This document shows, piece by piece, positions 47,921 through 57,100 of a stretch of DNA of 64,000 nt. Origin of the DNA: an uncultured archaeon (GTDB lineage Archaea; Aenigmatarchaeota; Aenigmatarchaeia; QMZP01); assembly GCA_964555875.1 (NCBI GenBank), contig CAZKUD010000004.1:3580-67579 (forward strand), given 5' to 3'. The stretch's first letter is position 1; each line of letters starts with the position of its first letter. The position numbers and the translations under genes are program-made. The notes under the pieces were generated by a model. It was not told the origin of the DNA. It saw nothing but the letters and a program-made list of their open reading frames with translations, and made no database searches.

Positions 47921-48151
47921 ATGGAAAACGGTACTAACAAAAGGCCATTGGACGTGTTGGGCTCCTCGCTGGAGAAGAACATCCTGGTCAAGACCAAGTT
48001 TGGCGATGACATAACGGGAGTTCTCAAGGCGTTCGATTCCCACATAAACATCTGGATGGACGATGCCAGGATGCAGGGAGAGAAGGAAGTCAGCCTCGGC
48101 AAGGTCCTGATCAGGGGCGACAACATAGTTTTCATATCGCCTGCGAAGTGA
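47921..48151 (+). CDS. Sm-like (Lsm/SmAP1) protein
   Basis: RPLDVL, G.LKAFD.H.N, IRGDN; canonical position upstream of rpl37e. Confidence 0.93.
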   Translation: MENGTNKRPLDVLGSSLEKNILVKTKFGDDITGVLKAFDSHINIWMDDARMQGEKEVSLGKVLIRGDNIVFISPAK

Positions 48152-48219
48152 GAAGCTTCTTCTTCAGGGACAAGCTTAAAAACCCTTGAGTGATAAAATG
48201 ATTATTGTAAGGTGAAAGC

Positions 48220-48411
48220 ATGGGCGGAGGAACCAAGGCATTCGGGAAGCAGAACAAGAAGACGCACATAATCTGCAGGAGGTGCGGCAAGCACACGTAC
48301 CATGTGAGGGACCGGAGGTGCGCAGCCTGCGGTTTCGGGGCATCCTCCAAGCTCAAGCAGTACACCTGGCAGAACAAGGCCAACAAGGGCAAGTGCAACA
48401 GGCTGAAGTGA
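48220..48411 (+). CDS. rpl37e: 50S ribosomal protein eL37
   Basis: THIICRRCG..YH....CAACGFG. Confidence 0.95.
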   Translation: MGGGTKAFGKQNKKTHIICRRCGKHTYHVRDRRCAACGFGASSKLKQYTWQNKANKGKCNRLK

Positions 48412-48478
48412 TCTGGTTTTGGATAGAACCCTTTGTAGAAGCGTAAGCTCTCGTAAAAGGTTCTGCAACAGGCTGAAG
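48394..48478 (+). repeat. hairpin element (copy B) flanked by 15-bp direct repeats
   Basis: TGCAACAGGCTGAAG at 48394-48408 and 48464-48478; inside: TTTGG plus stem AGAACC/GGTTCT and core TTGTAGAAGC-GTAA-GCTCTCGTAAA. Confidence 0.65.
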
Positions 48479-48499
48479 CGAATCTTTTCAGAAGAAACC

Positions 48500-49126
48500 C
48501 TAACACTTCTCAGGCTTTATCTTTATGCCTATGGACTCCAGCTTCTCCTTCAGCTTCCTCAGCGCAGCGTGCACGTCTGACAGGGTGTGTGCTCCTGTGC
48601 AGATTATCTTGCCTGAGCTGAAGAGCAGGAATGCCACCCTGGGCTCGCTTATCCTGTAGACCAGGCCAGGGAACTGCTCAGGCTCATATTCAGCGTTCTC
48701 CAGGCTGAAGGTTATCTCTTCCAGGTTCAGCTGGGCGTTTATCTTGGAGCTGGCCACTATGTTCTCTATCTTGACGTCGTATTTCCTCGGCATGGATATG
48801 CCCACAGAGCGTATCCTCTTGACCACCTTGTCTATTGCAACGTTCGCCAGCTCTATGTTCTTGGCGCCTGTGCACACTATCTTGCCGCTAGAGAATATCA
48901 GGGCAGCCGCCCTGGGCTCCTTGGTCCTGTAGACCAGGCCAGGGAACTGCTCAGGTTCATATTCAGCGTTCTCTATCTCCCCCACCAGCTTGTTGAGGGG
49001 AATCTTCTTGCCCAAGGCCACGAAAGCGACGACGTTCTCCACCTTGACGTGGAATTTCCCGCTTCCCCCTCCCTTGGAGGCCCTTTTTGGGGCAGCCTTT
49101 GCCTTAGTATTGGTTGGTTTTGCCAT
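48500..49126 (-). CDS. tbp: TATA-box binding protein
   Basis: Two repeats of EN.VA / YEPEQFPGLVYR / FSSGK..CTGA. Confidence 0.97.
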   Translation of the reverse strand: MAKPTNTKAKAAPKRASKGGGSGKFHVKVENVVAFVALGKKIPLNKLVGEIENAEYEPEQFPGLVYRTKEPRAAALIFSSGKIVCTGAKNIELANVAIDKVVKRIRSVGISMPRKYDVKIENIVASSKINAQLNLEEITFSLENAEYEPEQFPGLVYRISEPRVAFLLFSSGKIICTGAHTLSDVHAALRKLKEKLESIGIKIKPEKC

Positions 49127-49270
49127 AACTATCTATAACCGTAACCTTTTTAAACCCTTATTTTATCTATTGGTATTGAACCGCATATAAATGCGATAAA
49201 ACACTGGTCATAATTGGCTCTTTCTCAGAACAGAGTTAACAATGATGAACAGAAAAAAGGAAGTGATAAA

Positions 49271-51103
49271 ATGAACGAAAAAACAAAAAGCGCTAGCAAT
49301 AAGTCTAGCAGAAAGAAGGTCGTCCCGGACACGAGCGTGCTCATCCTGGGGACGATATCGGGCCGGATAAAATCCGGCAAGCTGAAGGGCGCAAGGATCC
49401 TCATTCCCAAGGCAGCCATAGACGAGCTGCAGGCCCAGGCAAGCAGGGGTCACGAGACCGGCTTCAAGGGGCTTGAGGAAGTCAAGGCCATAAGGGCGCT
49501 GGGAAAACAGAAGGGCATAGAAGTGGAATTCCCGGGCACGCGGCCGACCCTAGAGGAGATACACCTGGCCAAGAAGGGCAGGATAGACGCCCTGATAAGG
49601 GACGTTGCCGCCAAGAGCGGCGGGAAGCTGCTTACTGCCGATTATGTTCAGGCCCTTGTGGCCGAGGCAGAGGACGTTGCAGTGGAATACGTCCCACAGC
49701 CCGTCAAGAAGAAGGTCAGCATAGAGTCCTTCTTCAGGGAGGGGATGCAGTCCCTCCATATGAAGGTGGGGGTGCCTCCCATGGCCAAGATAGGCAGGCC
49801 TGGCGAGGTGAAGCTCGTGCAGCTCAAGAAGCAGAAGGTGGACGAGGACGGGCTGAAGGCAATGATAGACGAGATAGTCTACCAGGCCAAGAAGAAGGAC
49901 GATTCCTTCATAGAGATAGGGAGGAACGGAGCCACTGTCGTGCAGATGGGGGAGTACAGGATATCCATAACCAGGCCCCCTTTCTCTGACGCCATGGAGC
50001 TGACAGCTGTCAGGCCCATAGCCAAGGTGAAGCTGGACGACTACCAGCTGCATGAGGAGCTGAAGGAAAGGTTCGCCAAGAAGTCCCAAGGTGTCCTGAT
50101 AACAGGACCGCCTGGGGAGGGCAAGACGAGCTTCGCCTCGGCCCTGGCCAAGTTCCTGAGCAGCCAGGACAAGGTTGTCAAGACATTCGAGCAGCCCAGG
50201 GACCTGCAGGTAGGCCCTGAGGTCACCCAGTACGGCCCCCTGGAGGGGGACTGGGTCAAGTCAGCGGAGATTCTCCTGCTGGTGAGGCCCGACTACACCA
50301 TATTCGACGAGATCAGGAAGACATCCGACTTCAGGATATTCGGTGACATGAGGCTGGCTGGTGTCGGCATGATTGGGGTGGTGCACGCCACGTCCCCCGT
50401 GAGCGCAATACAGCGTTTCATAGGGCGCGTTGAGCTGGGCATGATACCCAACATAATAGACACCGTCATCTTCGTGGAGGCAGGCAGGGTCTCCAAGGTG
50501 TACGAGATGGTGCTGAGCGTGAAGGTGCCTTCAGGCATGACCGAGGCCGACCTGGCCAGGCCTGTGGTGGAGGTGAAGGACTTCGCCACCAAGAAAGCGG
50601 AGTATGAGATATACACGTTCGGGAACGAGAACGTCATCATACCTGTCAAGGAGGGCGCCAAGGGCTCGCCTGTCAATGAGCTCGCCAAGCAGAGGGTAGA
50701 GCAGGAGCTCAGGAGGTACGACCCCTCTGTGGAGGTGGAGGTCGTCGGCGCCAACAAGGTGGTGGCCCGGGTCCGCAATGAGTCCATGGCCCGGCTCATA
50801 GGAAGGAAGGGCGAGAACATAAGCTCCCTGGAGAAGAGGCTGGGCATCTCAATTGATGTCCAGCCCAGGGAAGCCACAATGAAGCAGGGACTGAAATGGA
50901 GGCACCAGGAATCCGGCGCCTTCGTGAACATCCTTGTGGACCCTGAGCTCACAGGAGAGCAGGTGGACGTCTACAGGGCTGACGAGTACATATTCTCCCC
51001 CTACGTGGGGAAGGGCGGGGCGATAAAGGTCAAGAAGCGCTCCCCGCTCGGCAGCAAGATAATGGGAGCGATATACTCCCGAAGACTGAGAGTGATGGCA
51101 TAA
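49271..51103 (+). CDS. PIN-domain ATPase with KH domain (PINA-type)
   Basis: VPDTS PIN motif, Walker A GPPGEGKT, LL.RPDYT.FDE, GVVHA, KH GRKG loop. Confidence 0.9.
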   Translation: MNEKTKSASNKSSRKKVVPDTSVLILGTISGRIKSGKLKGARILIPKAAIDELQAQASRGHETGFKGLEEVKAIRALGKQKGIEVEFPGTRPTLEEIHLAKKGRIDALIRDVAAKSGGKLLTADYVQALVAEAEDVAVEYVPQPVKKKVSIESFFREGMQSLHMKVGVPPMAKIGRPGEVKLVQLKKQKVDEDGLKAMIDEIVYQAKKKDDSFIEIGRNGATVVQMGEYRISITRPPFSDAMELTAVRPIAKVKLDDYQLHEELKERFAKKSQGVLITGPPGEGKTSFASALAKFLSSQDKVVKTFEQPRDLQVGPEVTQYGPLEGDWVKSAEILLLVRPDYTIFDEIRKTSDFRIFGDMRLAGVGMIGVVHATSPVSAIQRFIGRVELGMIPNIIDTVIFVEAGRVSKVYEMVLSVKVPSGMTEADLARPVVEVKDFATKKAEYEIYTFGNENVIIPVKEGAKGSPVNELAKQRVEQELRRYDPSVEVEVVGANKVVARVRNESMARLIGRKGENISSLEKRLGISIDVQPREATMKQGLKWRHQESGAFVNILVDPELTGEQVDVYRADEYIFSPYVGKGGAIKVKKRSPLGSKIMGAIYSRRLRVMA

Positions 51104-51112
51104 GAAAGGGGC

Positions 51113-51562
51113 TTACTTCACCAGCAGCTTGGCCCTGCTGAGGTTCCACTTCCAGTCAACTGGCATGAGTCCCCTGCCCTTGTAGTACTTGGCAAGGCGC
51201 CTTATCTTGGACTCGGTGATTTCGAGGCCCCTCTTGGAGGTATAGTCCCTCTTGTTCTTGGAGAGGTGCACCTCAAGGCCCGCAGCCTTCTTGATGAGGT
51301 TGACCATGTCCTCAGGAAGCTCTGGGTAGGCCTTGTTCTTCCTCATGACATCGGCTATCTTGAGCTTGCTCATCCTCACGGAAGGGATGCCGTACTGGTC
51401 CCTCAGGACCAGCCCTATCTGGGCTGACTGCATGCCTTCCTTGGCGTGCTTGAGTATTATGCCCTCTATCTCCTTGGGCTTGTACTTCATCCAGGGGGCC
51501 ACCTTCTGCATGGGTTTCTTTGACCTTGACTTGCCCCGCTTTCTGGAATACATCCTTGCCAT
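51113..51562 (-). CDS. rps15: 30S ribosomal protein uS15
   Basis: MARM.SRKRGKS.S, IG..LRDQYGIP, LPED, ESKIRRL.KYY. Confidence 0.97.
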   Translation of the reverse strand: MARMYSRKRGKSRSKKPMQKVAPWMKYKPKEIEGIILKHAKEGMQSAQIGLVLRDQYGIPSVRMSKLKIADVMRKNKAYPELPEDMVNLIKKAAGLEVHLSKNKRDYTSKRGLEITESKIRRLAKYYKGRGLMPVDWKWNLSRAKLLVK

Positions 51563-51604
51563 AGTATCTTTTTTGCACTCAGGGTTTTTAAAAGCATCAC
51601 GGGG

Positions 51605-51648
51605 TTTGCTCCCCCGCTTTGGAGAAGGCGGAAGCCTCTAAAGCGGGG
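51605..51648. repeat. GC-rich hairpin (terminator or member of the hairpin family)
   Basis: TTTG leader, stem CCCCGCTTT/AAAGCGGGG, GGC-GGAA-GCC apical stem; abuts the thrC stop. Confidence 0.5.
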
Positions 51649-52821
51649 TCAAGGTTTAAAAGCCTTGAGGAAACGCGGACCGGTGCTCTTCACCTCTATG
51701 GGCTTGCCCCTGACGCCTGTCTTGGGCGTCTTCAGGCCGTGGCCTGTAACCATGCAGACCACATTGCCTTTGAATCTCTTTTTGGACTTCAGTATGCCTG
51801 CCAGGGCGACAGCCCCTGCAGGCTCGGCGAACAGGCCTTCCTTCTGGGCCAGCATCTCCCTGCACCTGAGGATATCCTGGTCTGTGACCGTTATGCACGT
51901 GCCTCCCGACTCCTTGATGGCTGCGAGCGCCCTCTTGCCGTCGAGGGGGTCGCCGCATTCAATTGCCACAGCTACTGTATGGCTGCACCTCTTCCTGGGC
52001 CTTCCTGTGAAGTCCTGGAAGACAGGGGAGCACCTGGAGGACTGTATGCCTGAGATTATTGGGAGCTTCTTTATCCAGCCCAGGGTGTAGAACTCCTGGA
52101 ACGCCTTCCAGGTGGCAGAAATAAGGGTTCCGTTGCCCACAGGGCACACCACATGGTCCACATGGGGCAACTGGTCAGCTATCTCGAAGCCCACCGACTT
52201 GGTCCCTTCCCTCCTCCAGAGGTAGTCGCCCAGCATGTACAGGCTCTTCCTCCTGGTGAGCCGCTCGACTGCCCCGGCCGCCTCAGCATAATTGCCCCTT
52301 ATGCGGTAGAGCCTGGCCCCGTAGGCCAGTATCTGCTCCATCTTGACTAAGGCCGTATCAGAGGGCGAAACTATGGTGCATTTCAGGCCTGACATGGCCG
52401 AGTACGCTGAAACAGAGGCGCCCATGTTGCCTGTGGACGCGCAAACAACGTGCCTGGCCTTCTGCTCCAGGGCCCTGGCCACCTCCACAGAGGAGCCCCT
52501 GTCCTTGAAGGAGCCTGTCGGGTTCTGCGCCTCGTACTTGAACCAGAGCCTGAACGGCAGCCTGGACTCCTTCTCCACCCTCTTGGAGCGCACGAGAGGC
52601 GTGCCGCCTTCCTGTATGGAGACCAGCTTCCTGACAGGGAAGAACTCCGCGTACCGGGAATGGTTGAAGGGTCGGGACAGGACGTCCTTTCTCTTAAGCC
52701 TGGACAGCTTCCTGTAGTCCATCATCACTTCAAGGCTGCCCCCGCAGGGGCACCTGGCGTTGGGGTACTTCAGGGGATAGGCCTTCCCGCACTCTGAACA
52801 GCGTATGCTTTTCGCGTACAT
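51649..52821 (-). CDS. thrC: threonine synthase (PLP fold-type II)
   Basis: N-terminal CxxC..CxC, EGGTPL, NPTGSFKDRG, ASTGN, PVGNG, EPAGA, TGHGLK. Confidence 0.9.
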   Translation of the reverse strand: MYAKSIRCSECGKAYPLKYPNARCPCGGSLEVMMDYRKLSRLKRKDVLSRPFNHSRYAEFFPVRKLVSIQEGGTPLVRSKRVEKESRLPFRLWFKYEAQNPTGSFKDRGSSVEVARALEQKARHVVCASTGNMGASVSAYSAMSGLKCTIVSPSDTALVKMEQILAYGARLYRIRGNYAEAAGAVERLTRRKSLYMLGDYLWRREGTKSVGFEIADQLPHVDHVVCPVGNGTLISATWKAFQEFYTLGWIKKLPIISGIQSSRCSPVFQDFTGRPRKRCSHTVAVAIECGDPLDGKRALAAIKESGGTCITVTDQDILRCREMLAQKEGLFAEPAGAVALAGILKSKKRFKGNVVCMVTGHGLKTPKTGVRGKPIEVKSTGPRFLKAFKP

Positions 52822-52854
52822 CCATTTATAATTGGGCTCGGACCAAATTAAACT

Positions 52855-53619
52855 ATGGCTATATCTGAGGCCATGGTGCTTTTGCCCATGGTTTTCCAGT
52901 ACATACAAGTGATAGGATACATAGTGATGGTGCTGTTCTTCGGCTCAATAGCCATGAGGGGCTGGAAGGGCTGGTTCCCCTGGTACATCAACCTGCTGGC
53001 CAGGGTGGGGACAGGGTTCGTCTGCCTGATTGCCGGGGTCTCGCTCGGCCCGTTCATGACGGGCCTGAGGACAGGGATACTCGCCATGTTCCAGCTGGAC
53101 CTGATAACGGTCGGGGTGATATCATCAGTCATCATGTCCGTTGCCCTCTACCTTATATCATTCAAGTCCCACAGGGCGGCCCTGAGCGTAAAGAAGAGGA
53201 TACACAAGCTGGAGAGGAAGCTCAGGGGAATGGGCCACCCTCCCAAGGGGATGACCAAATGGAAATGGGCCGGCCTGGCGATAATAGTTGCCCTGGTGGC
53301 ACTTTCGGCTGTCAGCTTCAGGGGGTTCCCTGAGAATGCCGCGTCAGAGATGTTCAAGAGCATGGGGCTTCCGGAAGAGGTGGCGGACATGTCCCCGGAA
53401 TGCCTGAGCGCCATGATGGCCGTGACCTCCGTAGGAGAGATAAGGGACCCGCCCCTGTACGAGAACGACGCCCTGAAATCCACAATTGAGGCGGAGTCGG
53501 GCGAGACCGTATTCGAGATGTACAGGATAGAGAATGCCGGGGCCACCATAATAGCCGTGAAGACCGTCAGCGACAAGACCTGCTTCGCCACAGAGACCGA
53601 TTTCTGCATGTGCCAGTGA
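52855..53619 (+). CDS. membrane protein with extracellular Cys-containing C-terminus
   Basis: About 4 TM helices, C-terminal C...C.C. Confidence 0.7.
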   Translation: MAISEAMVLLPMVFQYIQVIGYIVMVLFFGSIAMRGWKGWFPWYINLLARVGTGFVCLIAGVSLGPFMTGLRTGILAMFQLDLITVGVISSVIMSVALYLISFKSHRAALSVKKRIHKLERKLRGMGHPPKGMTKWKWAGLAIIVALVALSAVSFRGFPENAASEMFKSMGLPEEVADMSPECLSAMMAVTSVGEIRDPPLYENDALKSTIEAESGETVFEMYRIENAGATIIAVKTVSDKTCFATETDFCMCQ

Positions 53620-53700
53620 GAGGCTACCAGAAAGGTTTAAATATGTGCCAGCCAATTAATACTCAACAAATTCAGCGTTGGATAAAGGAGGTGGCCTTTC

Positions 53701-53769
53701 ATGGAGGACTTCAAGATGACCCTTTTCGACGATGAAGAGAATGAAGACGATCTTAATGAGGAAGACTGA
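53701..53769 (+). CDS. putative 22-aa acidic micropeptide
   Basis: MEDFKMTLFDDEENEDDLNEED; SD GGAGGTG at 53687-53693; TTTAAATA at 53636-53643. Confidence 0.55.
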   Translation: MEDFKMTLFDDEENEDDLNEED

Positions 53770-53776
53770 ATGAGCT

Positions 53777-54184
53777 TCATCCCTTTCTGATTTCCCGTAT
53801 GATCCTGCTAGTGCTGTATCCAGGAAGCCTTTTCTTTATCCTGACAACCTTGCATTTTATGCCCATTGCCTTCAGGCGTTTTCTTATTTCATTATCGTCC
53901 TGGTCGAAGCCCAAGGCTATCACGTCTGGTTTCTCCTCCCTTACCGCCTTCATCATGTCTGACGGGTGGCCCACCCTCACCTTGTCGACGAACCCCAGGC
54001 TGCCCACCATATCCTTCCTGTCCTTTGCAGAGAACGAGAGCCTGCCGCTCTTTCTGCCGGCTGTCCTGTCATGGGCCACCACCACCACCAGGCTGGTGCC
54101 CAGCCTCCTGGCGGCCTTCAGGAAGAATATGTGCCCCGGATGGAGCAGGGAGAACACGCCGCCGACAAGGACCTTCCTTCCCAT
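53777..54184 (-). CDS. ribL: FAD synthase / cytidylyltransferase family
   Basis: GGVFSLLHPGH, KPDVIALGFDQ, STSRII. Confidence 0.8.
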   Translation of the reverse strand: MGRKVLVGGVFSLLHPGHIFFLKAARRLGTSLVVVVAHDRTAGRKSGRLSFSAKDRKDMVGSLGFVDKVRVGHPSDMMKAVREEKPDVIALGFDQDDNEIRKRLKAMGIKCKVVRIKKRLPGYSTSRIIREIRKG

Positions 54185-57100
54185 CAGCCCCTCCTTACCG
54201 TGAGCGCGTATCCGGAACCGGTCTTGTTGCTCTCCAGGATAAGCTTGTGGGTCCCTGGGTTGAGTATCAGGTCGCTCTGCACGTCTATGTTGCCGTAGCC
54301 CAGCAGGCTCTTGACCGTGCTGTAAAGTCCCAGCCCGTAGCCGAAGCTCGGGGAAGGCTTCTCCAGGAACTGCTGGGACTTTATCAGGCCCATCTTCTCC
54401 TCTATCGCCCTCCAGTCACCCTTCGTGAAGACCAGGAAGGCCAGCGGGTTGTCCTTGCCCAGGGCGACTGTCATGGTGTGGGAGGAGGGGGTCTTGTCGT
54501 ATCTCAGGAACTCGGGATTCTGGTAGGCGAAGACCAGGCCGTAAAGGACCCCGCTCCCGTAGCTGGCGAGGTAATAGCTGGGCGGGCTGTTCCAGACAGT
54601 CCCCCACTGGCTGGCTGGCTTGGCGCCTGCCCCGGGCACGTAAACCATGTTGCTGGTGTTGTTGATGGTCAGGCTTATGGTCAGGTTGCCCACGGCCGCG
54701 CCTGACACTGTCAGGGTGTCGTTCTCTGACTTGCTGTCATACCCTCCCCTATGGCATGTGACGTTCCAGCCGTATGTCCCGTGGCTGCTGAATGACCTGC
54801 TGAAGGTGTAAAGGGCTGTGGGTATGCTGTAGGACATCTGGTACTGCCCGTCGCTGAAGCTTATGTTGCAGCTGCTGCTCGTTAGCGCGCTGCCGCCTGA
54901 GGTGTAGTTGGCGTAGAAGCCGACAGACTGCCCGACCCTTATGGTCTGCCCGCCGCCCGCAGGGTCTCCGCTGTCCCATATGCTCAGTAAGGACGCCTGG
55001 GTGTCGCATATGTTGTCTATCCCGTCAGCGTCATCGTCCTGCCCTGTGTTAACCTGGTTCGGGCACATGTCGCACACCATGTTCGGGTCCCCGTAGAGGC
55101 TCGTGTTCACGCCCTCTGTCCAGCCGTCCTGGTCGAAGTCTGCCTTGGCGCAGGTCCAGCCCGTCCCCCTGCTGGTCAGGCTGTCGCAGACATAGAAGAC
55201 CTTCTTGTAAGAGCTCACCTGGTCGCCGTCCTCGTCCGTCACGTTCACGTAGGCCCTGTACATGCCATCAGAGTTGGGGGCGGGCACGGTCCCGTTGCAC
55301 TCCACGGTCGAGCCCGAGCCCCCTGTCTTCGTCAGGGTCCCTGACCAGACAACCGAGCCAGAGGAGTCCTCTATGTAGGCGTTGCATGCAGCGGACTGGA
55401 AGTTTCCGCTGTCCGCTGTCCTGAAGCTGGCTCCTATCAGCGCGCCGTCAGTGCTGCGGTAGAATGGCTCTGTCATGTTTATGGACGCTGCTGTCGGGAC
55501 AGGCATGACGTTTATCCCTATCGTCCTGCTCCCCCCATTGGTGCCCGTGTTGTCTGCGCCGTCCGTTGCGTTGGCGGAGAGCTGGTAGCTCCCGTCATCG
55601 TCAGTGTAGGTGGTGGCGTACAGGCAGTTCCCGTCGCTGGACTGCACGACCGTCCCGTCAAGGTCGAAGGCGCACCTGCATATGCCTGACGGGTCGCTGG
55701 ACGGTATCGCCCTGTACCTTATGGTGCCCCCGTATGGTATGTTCACGAAGTTCGAGGAGTTTATCGGCCCGACCTCTACTGAGGAGACGGTCGGCGGCGT
55801 GTTCTCATAGACTGTCGGGCTCCTGGTGCCTGCCCCATTGTCCGGGGAGCCGTCCGAAAGCGAGTTGGTTATGGAGATGGAGTATGTCTTTGCCTGTGGC
55901 GAGGACACCCCTCCACAGTTCAGGGTGACATCAAACCCGTTCAGCGGGTTCCCTGCTCCCACCTGGCCCGGGTCATGGTCTATCCTTCCGACCTGGTCCT
56001 GGGTGGACACGTACCTGAGCTTGTTGGCGTTGGTGCCGCTCATCGTGCAGTTGGAAGCGTTGTACGGGAAGTACCTGGTCGGGTCTGTGGCGTCGCCCAG
56101 GATTATGGAGATCGAATTGTAGCTGCCTGAGCCCACCACCCTTACCGTGTAGTTGGTGAAGACATAGTGCCTCTGCAGGTGTCCCACGGAAACCGTTGTC
56201 CCGCCTACGGCTGACGGGCTTGTCGTGTAAGGTATGGTGGTGCAGCCCACAGTCGACCAGCCCTGGCTCGGGCACGCGCCCACGCCGTAGCAGTCGCTGT
56301 CGGCGCAGTCATAGTAGCCGTCGGCGTCATTGTCCAGGCCGTCCGTGCAGCTGGTTTCGGTCCCGTATTCGCACCATCCCACTCCGTTGCAGTCCACGTC
56401 AGCGCAGTCTGCCCCTCCCTGCGCGTCATTGTCGAAGCCGTCGAAGCAGCTGGTTTCGGTCCCGTATTCGCATGCCTCCCCGTTGGCCGTGGAGCCTATC
56501 TCCCCTGAGCAGTTTATGTCCGCGCAGTCTGTTATTCCTGTCGGCATCATGTGGTCATTGTCCAGGCCGTCCGAGCAGGATGACCAGGTGTAGTTCTCCT
56601 CTCCCGGGCAGGGGCCGCATGAGCCGAACTTCCTGTTGCAGTCAGGGTCGGTGCAGTCAGTGCCGCCGTTGGGCCAGCCCTGGGAGTTGTCCCCGTCGTC
56701 ATCATAGTTGTTGTTGCAGAACTGGTAGTGCTGGGCGAGGTTGAACTCGTATGGGTAGCAGACCTCGTTCGGGTTGGCCGGGTTGGCCACCCCCAGGCAG
56801 TCCACGTCAGCGCAGTCTATGTTGGCCGCAGGACCTGTGTATGTCATGGAGGGGTTGTCCAGGTCATTGTCTATGTTGTCGAAGCACTGGCTGTCATTAA
56901 CCTGCCCGTACCTGTTGTGCCTCTCATTGGTCGGGCACGTGTCGGTCCCGTTCGTCTGGCCCCTGCAGTCATAGTCCCTGCAGTCCGAGCCGCCGGTCTG
57001 GCTGCAGCTCCTGCTGTTGGAGCCGTCGTCATAGTCATTGTTTATGCCGTCGAAGCACCAGCCAGCCAAATTGCTCTCGTTGGACGGGCAGGGGTCTGAA

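Noticed and set aside
48620..48975. Near-identical DNA repeats inside tbp
   Set aside because: They reflect the known two-fold internal repeat of TBP
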